Below are positions 47,509 to 55,960 of a DNA stretch of 64,000 bases, in pieces (position 1 is the first letter of the stretch; every line of letters begins with the position of its first letter). The stretch is taken from positions 13,548 through 77,547 of the forward strand of contig JAEKNN010000025.1 of the NCBI GenBank assembly GCA_016464795.1, read 5' to 3'. Under the pieces are notes generated by a model. That model did no database searches. It was not told the DNA's origin and was given only the letters and a program-made list of their open reading frames with translations. The translations under genes were made by a program, and so were the position numbers. The DNA comes from Candidatus Amunia macphersoniae. Its GTDB lineage: Bacteria; Chloroflexota; Dormibacteria; Aeolococcales; Aeolococcaceae.

Positions 47509-47820
47509 TCACGCCGGGCTGGGCCCGCTGAGACGCAGCGCCCAGGCGCTCGCCTGGTCATCGGGGACCGGTGTGTGCCCGTCCATCGAATCGGCGAGGC
47601 GGACGGCCTCGCTGCGGTCCAGGCGCACCCGGCCGGCATCGGCATGTGTCAGCAGTCCGGCGCTGATGCAGAGGTTGAGAAATTCAGCCAGCTCGTCGGG
47701 ATCGAGCGGATCCAAGAACCGCATCTTGCGAATCAGCCGCTCGCGATTGCTGGGCAGATAGACGCCGAGGTCGGCGAAGGCGAGGAGGACCATGCGCGCC
47801 AGGTCGCGGAGCTCGTCCAC
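47509..47820 (-). CDS. Hypothetical small protein
   Basis: 103 aa, 36 nt downstream of the oxidoreductase gene on the same strand. No recognisable motif. Confidence 0.45.
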   Translation of the reverse strand: MDELRDLARMVLLAFADLGVYLPSNRERLIRKMRFLDPLDPDELAEFLNLCISAGLLTHADAGRVRLDRSEAVRLADSMDGHTPVPDDQASAWALRLSGPSPA

Positions 47821-47856
47821 GGCGCGATGGTACTTAACCGGTGTGAAGATGGAGCG

Positions 47857-48864
47857 TCAGCACCAGCAGGGGTTGACGCTCCGCGGTCCGCCGGCCAGGC
47901 CCAACGAGGTGGCCAGAAGTGCGGCAACCTCGACGGAATGGGCGGTGGCGTGGGCACGCCACTGGGGGTCGACGATGCCGGAGATCAGGTCGGCGTACAT
48001 CGGTGAGTACAGAGCGTTGACGGTGGCGCGATCGCTGAGCGAGGCAACCGCACGCGGAGCAGCTGCCTGCCCGTTGTGGGCAACCGTGAACGCGCCGTCC
48101 TCCCAGGTGACCTCGAGACATTGGGCGGGCCGTTGCAGGCGGATCAGATTGTGGCGACGCTCCCCTGCGTAGGAGACGTCGATGTGGGCAACCCCAACAC
48201 CTGCCAGCCGAAGGTCGATCGAGGCAACCTCGCGTCCTCCACGGCCCTCACGGTGGCACCCGACCACCCGGCAATCGGGGTGCAGCTCGCGCAGCAGGGA
48301 CAGGTAATGGACTGCGTGGTCTCCCAGGATGCCCCCCTCGTGCTCGGGATCGGCGCGCCATCCACCCGCGCTCAGCGGGTCAGTGCCTGGCCGCTCCACC
48401 GCGACATCGATCCTCACCGACTCTCCGTTGACCAGCCCGCCCGCAGCCGCCCGTGCCAGCCATCGCCACGGCTGTGCGTGCCGGTACTGGTGAACTGTGG
48501 CGAGCGCCAATTCCTGATCGGAACGTGCGAGTTCGCGGAGCTCGGCAACATCGGCATCGCGAAGCCCCAGCGGCTTCTCACAGAGGACGTGCACACCGCG
48601 TGCGAGCGCGGCCCCGATCTCGCCGAGGTGAGCGCTCGGCGGGGTGGCGATGATCAGCAGATCGGGGCGCACCTCATCGAGCATCTCGTCGTTGTCGCCG
48701 AAGCCGCGCGCCGAGCGGTGAGCAGCGACAACCGCCTCACGGCGGTCGGCTGCCGGATCGCACACGCCGACCAGCGTGATGCCGCCGGCGGCCTCCGCCA
48801 CCGACAGAGCTGGGAGGTGGGCGCGCGTCGCCGCCGAGCCGACCCCGACCAGGCCCACCCGCAA
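47857..48864 (-). CDS. Gfo/Idh/MocA family oxidoreductase
   Basis: N-terminal Rossmann LRVGLVGVGSAATRAHLPAL, plus VLCEKPL. The start (TTG 48864 or GTG 48858) lies just after the aminotransferase stop. Confidence 0.8.
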   Translation of the reverse strand: MRVGLVGVGSAATRAHLPALSVAEAAGGITLVGVCDPAADRREAVVAAHRSARGFGDNDEMLDEVRPDLLIIATPPSAHLGEIGAALARGVHVLCEKPLGLRDADVAELRELARSDQELALATVHQYRHAQPWRWLARAAAGGLVNGESVRIDVAVERPGTDPLSAGGWRADPEHEGGILGDHAVHYLSLLRELHPDCRVVGCHREGRGGREVASIDLRLAGVGVAHIDVSYAGERRHNLIRLQRPAQCLEVTWEDGAFTVAHNGQAAAPRAVASLSDRATVNALYSPMYADLISGIVDPQWRAHATAHSVEVAALLATSLGLAGGPRSVNPCWC

Positions 48865-48883
48865 CGGGCAGGGGCGCGATGGC

Positions 48884-50182
48884 TCAGCCGGCAAGGGCGC
48901 GGCGCAGGGCGGCGACCGCCTCGCCGGCGTGATCGTCAGTGAGGATGAGCGGCGGGTTGAGGCGGACCTCGGGCACATCGCCGACGATGAGGATGCCCTC
49001 GTCGAGGCAGCGGCGGAAGAGCCGCAGGCACAGCTCCGGTCCGGCGAGTGCCCCAGTGCCCGGGTCGACGAGGTCGAAGCCGAGCATCATGCCGATGCCT
49101 CGGGCTCCTGTGACGAACGGCGACTCGTGCTGCAGCGCCGTGATGCCCTCGGAAAGGCGGCGCGACACCCGGTTCACCTGGGCGAGAAAGCCATGGGCGG
49201 TGATCACGTCCAGAACCGCGATCCCGGCCACGCAGGCGAGCGGGTTGGCCCCGTAGCTGCTCGAGGTCGCCGACCGCTCAGCGAACAGGCTCTCATCCCA
49301 CAGGGCGCCCGGCGCGGCAACGGCGCTGAGGGGGTAACCCCCACCGATCGCCTTGCCGAGCACGATGATGTCCGGGCGGACGTCGAACCAGTCGACGGCG
49401 AAGTTGCAGCCGAGCCTGCCGAAACCGGTGATCGACTCGTCGACGATCAGCAGCCAGCCGCGACGGTCGCACAGCCGGCGCAATTCGGCCAGGAAACGTC
49501 GCTGCGGCGGCCGGTTGCCGGCGGTGCCGAGAACCGGCTCGACGATGATCGCCGCCACGCCGTCGAGGGCTGTGGCGCGCGCGTCCAGCTCAGCGAGCGC
49601 CGCCGCGCCATCCTCCTCGCATGACCCATAGGTGAGCGCATCGTGCGCCTCGCAACGAGGGTAGGGGAGGGTATGCACCCAGTCGACACCCAGGGCAGCG
49701 CGCTCATCCGCAAAGCGGCCGCCGCTGAAACGGACACCCGTGGTCTTGCCGTGAAAGCCGTTCGAGAACGAGATCAGATGTCGCGTGCCGCTCACCGACT
49801 GGGCGAGTCGCACCGCCACCTCCACAGCCTCCGCACCGCCTGAGTACAGCGCCACCCGGTCGACGCCTGGTGGCAGCACCTGGGCCAGGCGCTCCAGGTA
49901 GGCGGCGTGCTCGGAGGTGTTCAGGACGCACGCCGCCAGACGCTGCGCCTGCCCGGCGACGGCCCTTGACCAGAGCGGGTTGCCGTGGCCGATGGCGGCC
50001 ACACCCATGGCGGTGGCGAAGTCGAGCAGGCGCTGGCCGGTGTCGGTGATCAGATACGGGCCCTCACCATGGGTGATCACCAGGCCGGCGGACTCGGCGA
50101 TGCGCCGGGGGCCGCCGCCGCCAAGCCGGCGCACGGTCGCGGCGACCTGGGCGGTTGCCGTCGTATCCAGAGTTGTGCTCAC
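48884..50182 (-). CDS. Class III (omega/acetylornithine-type) pyridoxal-phosphate aminotransferase
   Basis: SGGAEAVEVAVRLA, LLIVDESITGFGR and the VLGKAIGGG lysine motif. Confidence 0.85.
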   Translation of the reverse strand: MSTTLDTTATAQVAATVRRLGGGGPRRIAESAGLVITHGEGPYLITDTGQRLLDFATAMGVAAIGHGNPLWSRAVAGQAQRLAACVLNTSEHAAYLERLAQVLPPGVDRVALYSGGAEAVEVAVRLAQSVSGTRHLISFSNGFHGKTTGVRFSGGRFADERAALGVDWVHTLPYPRCEAHDALTYGSCEEDGAAALAELDARATALDGVAAIIVEPVLGTAGNRPPQRRFLAELRRLCDRRGWLLIVDESITGFGRLGCNFAVDWFDVRPDIIVLGKAIGGGYPLSAVAAPGALWDESLFAERSATSSSYGANPLACVAGIAVLDVITAHGFLAQVNRVSRRLSEGITALQHESPFVTGARGIGMMLGFDLVDPGTGALAGPELCLRLFRRCLDEGILIVGDVPEVRLNPPLILTDDHAGEAVAALRRALAG

Positions 50183-52407
50183 TAGATGGCCTCGATGTCG
50201 TCGTTGTCACGCGCCTCGCCGCGCCGCCGCAGCCGGCGCACGTGGGGAGCGTGCTGGAGGTGGTACGGGACGCTGATCACCACAGTTCCCGGGCGAAAGA
50301 GCAGCTGGGCCTTGAGACGCAGGGCGGTCTGATTGTGGAGCAGAGCATGCCACCAACGGGTGGCCACCAACTCGGGCAGCACGATGATGATGGTGTCATC
50401 GCTGCGCTGCTTGTCGATGGCATCGATGTAGCGGAGCAGAGGCCGGGTGAACGACCGGTACGGCGATTCGAGTACCTCGAGGGGCACGTGGTTGCCCCAC
50501 ACATCCCAGCGGGCCCTGAGCCTGGCGATGTGTTCCTCGTCGTCGCAGATGTGCACAGCAATCACGCTGTCGCTGATGGTGCGAGCCATCGCCAGCGACT
50601 GCAGGGCCACGTCGTTGAGCTCGGCCACCGGCACTATGCACACAGGCTTCAGGCGAGCCGGCGACGTGGGGATCTCAGTGGTGACGTGGTCGACAACCTC
50701 TTGATAGTGGCGGTGGATGGCCATGAAGAGGGCGACGAAGCTGGGGATGATGATGCAGACCACCCATGCGCCCTCGAGGAACTTGACGACCGCGAAGACG
50801 ATGAACACCACAGCCGTCATGGTCGCGCCGATGGCGTTGAAGATGATGCTGGTGCGCCAGCTCGGCTCCTTGCGACGCCACCAGCGGACCACCATGCCGG
50901 TCTGGGACATCGTGAACGCCAGGAAAACCCCGATCGCATACAGGGGGATCAGCCTGCTGGTGTCACCGCCGAAGACGATGATGAGCACCGAGGCCAGCAC
51001 GCCGAGCACGAAGATGCCGTTGCTGAACGCCAGCCTCTCGCCGAGGCGGCGGAATTGGTGTGGTGCGAAGTTGTCGCGTGCCAGAAAGAAGAGCAGGCGC
51101 GGGAAATCGGAGAAGGCTGTGTTGGCGGCCAGGACCAAGATCAGCAGCGTTGAGCCGATGACGAAGTAGTACCCGAGGCTGCCGAAGCCGAATGCGATCG
51201 TGGCCAGCTTGGAGAGCAGCGCCTGGGGATTGGTCCCGTTGGGGTTGTCGACACGGACTCCCAGGATGTGTGTCGCCACGACGATGCCGAAGAGCATGGC
51301 TCCGAGCAAAACCCCCATGCACACGAGCGTGGTGCGAGCATTGCGCCACTCGGGCGCCTTGAATGCGGGAACGCCGTCGCTGACAGCTTCGATGCCGGTC
51401 AGCGCGGAGCATCCCGAGGCGAAGGCCTGAAGGATCAGAAAGATCCCCACGCTGGCCAGCGCCTGGGTGGCCGGGTAATTGGGACCGACGTGCGGCAGCG
51501 TCGCGCAAGCACCGTGATCGCATTGCCCTGAGACGATGCGATAGAAGTCGAAGGCGATCATGGCGAACATGGCCACCAGGAACGCGTAGGTGGGCGCGGC
51601 GAAGATGGAGCCGGACTCACGGATGCCGCGCAGGTTGCCCCCCACGATGAGCATCACAGCGAGAAGGCACAGCGGGACTGCCCAGCTCACCAATCCGGGG
51701 AAGGCGCTGGTGAGCTGGAAGATGCCGCTGCTGATCGACACCGCCACCGTCAGGACGTAATCGGTCATCAGCGCGGCAGCCGCGATCAGGCCGGGGAGTG
51801 TGCCCAGGTTGTCCTTGGCGACGATGTACGACCCGCCGCCCTTGGGGTACGCCTTGATCGTCTGCCGGTAGCTGAGCACCACCGACAGGAGCACCCATCC
51901 GATCAGGCCCATGATGATCAGGTCGTAGTTGAAGGCCAGGGCTCCCGCTCCGGCGAGCACGAACACCACCACGATCTGCTCGGGCCCGTACGCCACCGAG
52001 GAGAGTGCGTCCGATGACAGCACCGCCAGTGCCTTGACCTTGGACAGGCGCTCGTGGATCAGGTCACGAGTGGGCAGGGGGGCGCCGAGAAGGACGCTGC
52101 GCACCCGTCGCCGGAGGCGAGCGAAGTCACCCGTTGGAGCGGTGGCTCGACTTGTCGCCTCGAGCCAGCCAGGGGCCTTGTGCTCGAATCCCTGCGTCTT
52201 GGGCCGGCCGACGCGCAGGTAACGCTCGCCAGGGCGACCGCGCTCCTCGCGTCCGTCAAGGTCGGGATCGATGAAGTCCCTCCCCGTTTGAACACGCGCA
52301 CGGGGGACGAGCGACCATGCCTCGCCAGCCTGTCGAAGCGCGCTCACTTCATCATCGGCAAGCTGGACCGCGGCGGAGCCGGAAAGCTCCGGCGGCGTCT
52401 CACTCAC
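50182..52407 (-). CDS. APC-superfamily permease with N- and C-terminal cytoplasmic extensions (741 aa)
   Basis: 12-TM core with LSSDALSSVAYGPE. Its stop overlaps the aminotransferase start. Confidence 0.75.
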   Translation of the reverse strand: MSETPPELSGSAAVQLADDEVSALRQAGEAWSLVPRARVQTGRDFIDPDLDGREERGRPGERYLRVGRPKTQGFEHKAPGWLEATSRATAPTGDFARLRRRVRSVLLGAPLPTRDLIHERLSKVKALAVLSSDALSSVAYGPEQIVVVFVLAGAGALAFNYDLIIMGLIGWVLLSVVLSYRQTIKAYPKGGGSYIVAKDNLGTLPGLIAAAALMTDYVLTVAVSISSGIFQLTSAFPGLVSWAVPLCLLAVMLIVGGNLRGIRESGSIFAAPTYAFLVAMFAMIAFDFYRIVSGQCDHGACATLPHVGPNYPATQALASVGIFLILQAFASGCSALTGIEAVSDGVPAFKAPEWRNARTTLVCMGVLLGAMLFGIVVATHILGVRVDNPNGTNPQALLSKLATIAFGFGSLGYYFVIGSTLLILVLAANTAFSDFPRLLFFLARDNFAPHQFRRLGERLAFSNGIFVLGVLASVLIIVFGGDTSRLIPLYAIGVFLAFTMSQTGMVVRWWRRKEPSWRTSIIFNAIGATMTAVVFIVFAVVKFLEGAWVVCIIIPSFVALFMAIHRHYQEVVDHVTTEIPTSPARLKPVCIVPVAELNDVALQSLAMARTISDSVIAVHICDDEEHIARLRARWDVWGNHVPLEVLESPYRSFTRPLLRYIDAIDKQRSDDTIIIVLPELVATRWWHALLHNQTALRLKAQLLFRPGTVVISVPYHLQHAPHVRRLRRRGEARDNDDIEAI

Positions 52408-52478
52408 TCTGCGTCACAAACTCCGCCGCCAGTGTAGACACGGTTCCCGATGACGCGGAGCGGTGAGCGTCGGGTACG

Positions 52479-53282
52479 ATGCGCGCGTCCGATGGTTTTC
52501 GACTTGGCCGAGTGATCGATACAACTGAGGTTTCGCCCCCCGCCGCAGGCATGGAGGCGGACGGTCGCAGCGCACCTGCCAACGGTGGCGCGCGTGCCGT
52601 TGGACCTACCGTTCGTCCGCGCGCGTCCGCCGGTGGCCCCTCGCCCGCGCACCTGCCCCGGATCGTGCGCCCGCAGGGTCTGCCTCACGCGGGCCGCCCG
52701 ATTGACCCTCCGTCGCCAGAGCATCATCACCTCCCCGGCTGGGTTCGCCGCGTCCATGGCCAAGCGCGGCCCATCCTTGCCGACCTTCTCGGCAACCTTG
52801 ATGGCGAATCCCGGGACCGCTTCCAGTCGAGCCTCGACGGCCTGATCGGTGGCATGAGCGCGGGCCGGTTCAGTCTCGCCTGGCAGTACCCCAAGCTGAT
52901 CAGCGACGGCATGGAGCTGTTCGAGGCCCATCGACGTGACAACGCCGAGCTGTTCAAGGCGCAGCGGGTCCTGGATCAGCTGCGAAACAAGACAGGAGAC
53001 GCCTTGCGAGACGCCGGCGCACGGTTGGCGCCCGATGCCTTGGCGCGGTTGAACCGCACCCTGCGCAGCGCCACCACCGCCGAGCAGATCGACACTGTGG
53101 CCACCGAGGTTGAGCAGTCGGTTGTCGCTGCTCGCAACAACGACGAGAAACGCCGGGACCGCGAGATCGACAGAACCCGGTCGCGGATTCGCAAGACCCT
53201 TCCGCGCGCCACAGCCACCGCCGAGCCCACCGAGACCTGGCAGGACGTGCTGCGACGGTTCGCGGAGACCCAGGGAGAGTAG
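52479..53282 (+). CDS. Hypothetical helical/coiled-coil protein (start uncertain)
   Basis: The C-terminal ~180 aa have good GC3 and helical heptad-like sequence. The N-terminal ~85 aa are Pro/Arg/Gly-rich and may not be coding. Confidence 0.5.
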   Translation: MRASDGFRLGRVIDTTEVSPPAAGMEADGRSAPANGGARAVGPTVRPRASAGGPSPAHLPRIVRPQGLPHAGRPIDPPSPEHHHLPGWVRRVHGQARPILADLLGNLDGESRDRFQSSLDGLIGGMSAGRFSLAWQYPKLISDGMELFEAHRRDNAELFKAQRVLDQLRNKTGDALRDAGARLAPDALARLNRTLRSATTAEQIDTVATEVEQSVVAARNNDEKRRDREIDRTRSRIRKTLPRATATAEPTETWQDVLRRFAETQGE

Positions 53283-53297
53283 GCGAGTCGCTGCGTG

Positions 53298-53553
53298 CAA
53301 GCGGGGGAGGAGCCCCTCGCCGCCCGCTGCGGTCAGGGCTTCGGGGGCGTGGGTGCCAAGCGGGGGAGGAGCCCCTCGCCGCCCGCTGCGGTCAGGGCTT
53401 CGGGAGCGCTGGTGCCAAGCGGGGAGGAGCCCCTCACCGCCCGCTGCGGTCAGGGCTTCGGGAGCGCTGGCGTCGCTGCGCACTCGCCACTGGCGAGTGC
53501 TTCGCTCCTTCGCTCCCTGCAGAATCTGGCGGCCGTCGAGGGGCTCCTCCCCC
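53298..53553 (+). repeat. Nested-palindrome element, copy C, with its left arm plus 5' core block amplified 3 x 59 bp
   Basis: Three left arms gggggaggagcccctc (53303, 53362, ~53421) face one right arm gaggggctcctccccc (53538-53553). Internal hairpin gcactcgcc-act-ggcgagtgc at 53480-53500. Contains the ctgcagaatct block. Confidence 0.85.
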
Positions 53554-53879
53554 TCATGTCAGCGACCCCCTCTCTGTGAGTGCGACGGCCGATGGGTCCC
53601 ATGCCTCGAGGTCGGTGGCGCAGCCTCAGGCTTCGCTGGGTGGACAGCAACCTGAGCGTCGACACGATGCGGCCGTCCGTCCGGGTTGGCCGTGCATGGG
53701 GTCGAGATCGTGCTCGCAGAGCGGTGCCTGCTCGGGCGCCTGGACACCGGGGTTCGAGTGCGAGCAGCGGCGCTCGAAGCTGCCGGTCCGGGGGATGTAA
53801 GCTCCCCCGGTCCGCGTTGACGAGCATGGTGGACACGAGTCAGCGCCCCGGACGAGGACATCAGGTCACGGAGGTGGTG

Positions 53880-55229
53880 ATGCAGGACACCGACACTCCA
53901 CGGCAGCTGCGACGGGCGGTGGTTGCCAGCGTGGTGGGAACCTCGATCGAGTGGTACGACTTCTTCCTCTACGGGTCCGCCGCCGCCCTCGTCTTTCCCA
54001 AGCTGTTCTTTCCCAAGAGCGCCCCGCTGACGGGAGCGCTGCTCTCCTTTGCCACCTACGCGGTGGGGTTCGCGGCCCGACCGGTGGGCGCGTGGATCTT
54101 CGGAAGCTACGGCGACCGGATCGGTCGCAAGGCGACGCTGATCGTGACCCTCCTGACCATGGGCATTGCCACCGCCCTGATCGGGGTGCTGCCGACGTAC
54201 TCGAGCATTGGTATCTGGGGCGGAATCATCCTGACGGTCCTGCGTGTCTTCCAAGGCATTGGAGTGGGCGGCGAATGGGGTGGGTCGGTGCTGCTCGCAA
54301 TGGAATGGGGGAGCAATCGCCGCCGGGGGCTGGTCGCCAGCTGGCCGCAGATGGGCGTTCCCATCGGCCTGATCCTGGGCAATGGGGCCCTGCTCATCTT
54401 CAGCAACGTCACCGGCTCAGCGTTTCTCGAGTGGGGCTGGCGGATTCCCTTCCTGCTGAGCTTCGTCCTGGTTGCCGTCGGCCTGTACATTCGGCTCGGT
54501 GTCATGGAGACGCCGCTCTTCAGAAAGCTCGTTGCCGAGAAGAGGGTGGAGCCGCGCCCGTTCACGACAGTGGTGCGACGGAACTGGCGGGAGATCCTCC
54601 TCGCCATGTTCGTCCGCACATCTGAGCAGGCACCCTTCTACATCCTCACCGCCTTCGTGCTGGTCTACGGGACCGAGCAGCTGAAGCTGGGCAAAAACTT
54701 CATGCTGTTCTGTGTCTTCTTCGCCGCCTGCCTGTCGCTGCTCACCATCCCCCTGGCTGGGATGGCGTCGGACCGGTTCGGTCGGCGGCCTGTGTACATG
54801 GTCGGCGTCATCCTCATCGGGCTGGTGGCGTTTCCCTATTTCGCGCTGCTCAACACCGGTGTCGCTGCACTTGTGGTCATCGCGGTGGTCGTCTCACTGA
54901 TTCCCCACGACATCCAGTACGGGCCGCAGGCAGCCCTGATCGCCGAGAGCTTCACCGGACGGCTGCGCTACAGCGGAGCCTCCATGGGCTATCAGCTCGC
55001 CTCGCTCACCGCCGGGGGACCTGCTCCGTTGATCGCCACCAAGCTCCTCTCCGTCTACCACTCCTCAACGCCGATCGCCCTCTACATCGTGGGATGTTCG
55101 GTGGTGAGCCTGGTGGCGCTGCTGTTCATGAAGGAGCGGTCCCAGGTCGACCACACTGTCGAATATGACTCGCAGCCGAGCGGGCTTGGTGCCGGCTCAC
55201 CGACGGTGGGGGCGCCGGTCGGTCGGTAG
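53880..55229 (+). CDS. MFS transporter, metabolite:H+ symporter (MHS; ProP/KgtP/ShiA-like) family
   Basis: GTSIEWYDFFLYGSAAALVF and GDRIGRK. ATG at 53880 is preceded by GGAGGTG. The ORF-track start at 53580 is an upstream artefact. Confidence 0.85.
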   Translation: MQDTDTPRQLRRAVVASVVGTSIEWYDFFLYGSAAALVFPKLFFPKSAPLTGALLSFATYAVGFAARPVGAWIFGSYGDRIGRKATLIVTLLTMGIATALIGVLPTYSSIGIWGGIILTVLRVFQGIGVGGEWGGSVLLAMEWGSNRRRGLVASWPQMGVPIGLILGNGALLIFSNVTGSAFLEWGWRIPFLLSFVLVAVGLYIRLGVMETPLFRKLVAEKRVEPRPFTTVVRRNWREILLAMFVRTSEQAPFYILTAFVLVYGTEQLKLGKNFMLFCVFFAACLSLLTIPLAGMASDRFGRRPVYMVGVILIGLVAFPYFALLNTGVAALVVIAVVVSLIPHDIQYGPQAALIAESFTGRLRYSGASMGYQLASLTAGGPAPLIATKLLSVYHSSTPIALYIVGCSVVSLVALLFMKERSQVDHTVEYDSQPSGLGAGSPTVGAPVGR

Positions 55230-55250
55230 TTGGGGGCGGGCGGGAGCGGT

Positions 55251-55383
55251 GGGGATGAAACCCCTGGGCGGCCGCAAGATTCTGCAGGGGGCGAAGGAGC
55301 GAAGCGGTCGCCGGTGGCGACCGCGCAGTGACGCCCCGCCGCCGAAGCCCTGCCCGAAGCGGTCGCCCAGGGGTTTCATCCCC
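55251..55383 (-). repeat. Nested-palindrome element, copy D (18-bp perfect arms; inverted relative to copy C)
   Basis: Arms are ggggatgaaacccctggg and cccaggggtttcatcccc. Internal hairpin gcggtcgcc-ggt-ggcgaccgc at 55304-55324. The reverse complement carries ttcgctccttcgccccctgcagaatcttgcggccg, 33/35 identical to copy C. Confidence 0.85.
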
Positions 55384-55468
55384 GCCGCGTCGAGGTTCGA
55401 CCACGAAACGGACGGCGCGCGACCCGCCGGTATACTCGGCGTGAGGTCAGACACCGTCGAGGAGTTCC

Positions 55469-55960
55469 TTGAGCAGCATCCCTGTGGCAGCGTCGCTCGA
55501 CCCAGATCGCCTGGCTCCCGACGCCGCCAATCCCGTGGTCGCGGACGTGATGCGCGACGAGGTGGTCTTCTGCCTTCCCAGCACGCCGGTCGACGCCATC
55601 GCCAAGCTGATGGCGGACAACGAGCTGGTCGAGATCCCCGTGCTTCTCGATCGCCGTCCGGTGGGATACGTGCGCCAGGGCGACATCCTCGACAGGCTGG
55701 TTGTGGGCGACGTGGCCATCGCGGGGAGTGACGTTGCAATGCGGCCGCCGACCACTGTGGTCCAGGCCCGTGACATCCTGCACACCCCCCCGCTGCTGGC
55801 CGACGAGCGCCAGCAGGTGCGCGAGGTGGCCTCGCTGATGGCTCAGCAGGGGCGCCAGCTGGCTCTGGTCATGCACGAGGACGACACCCCCGTCGGCATG
55901 CTCACCGCGCGCGAGCTCGCCGACCACCTGCTCGCCCACCCCGAGATCGCCGGTGCCTGA
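55469..55960 (+). CDS. CBS domain pair protein
   Basis: Two CBS-like units (VMRDEVVFCLPSTPVDAIAKLMADNELVEIPVL; VQARDILHTPPLLADERQQVREVASLMAQQGRQLALVM). TTG start, uncertain. Confidence 0.65.
   Translation: MSSIPVAASLDPDRLAPDAANPVVADVMRDEVVFCLPSTPVDAIAKLMADNELVEIPVLLDRRPVGYVRQGDILDRLVVGDVAIAGSDVAMRPPTTVVQARDILHTPPLLADERQQVREVASLMAQQGRQLALVMHEDDTPVGMLTARELADHLLAHPEIAGA

Noticed and set aside
53298-53474. The tandem arrays at 53298-53474 and 7478-7596 as CRISPR arrays.
   Set aside because: The units are directly adjacent with no unique spacers, there are only three of each, and they are pieces of the palindromic element. No cas genes are in the window.
53580-53879. The upstream 100 codons of the MFS ORF as a real N-terminal extension.
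   Set aside because: They are Arg/Gly-rich and non-hydrophobic. A strong GGAGGTG RBS precedes the ATG at 53880, where the conserved MHS N-terminus starts.
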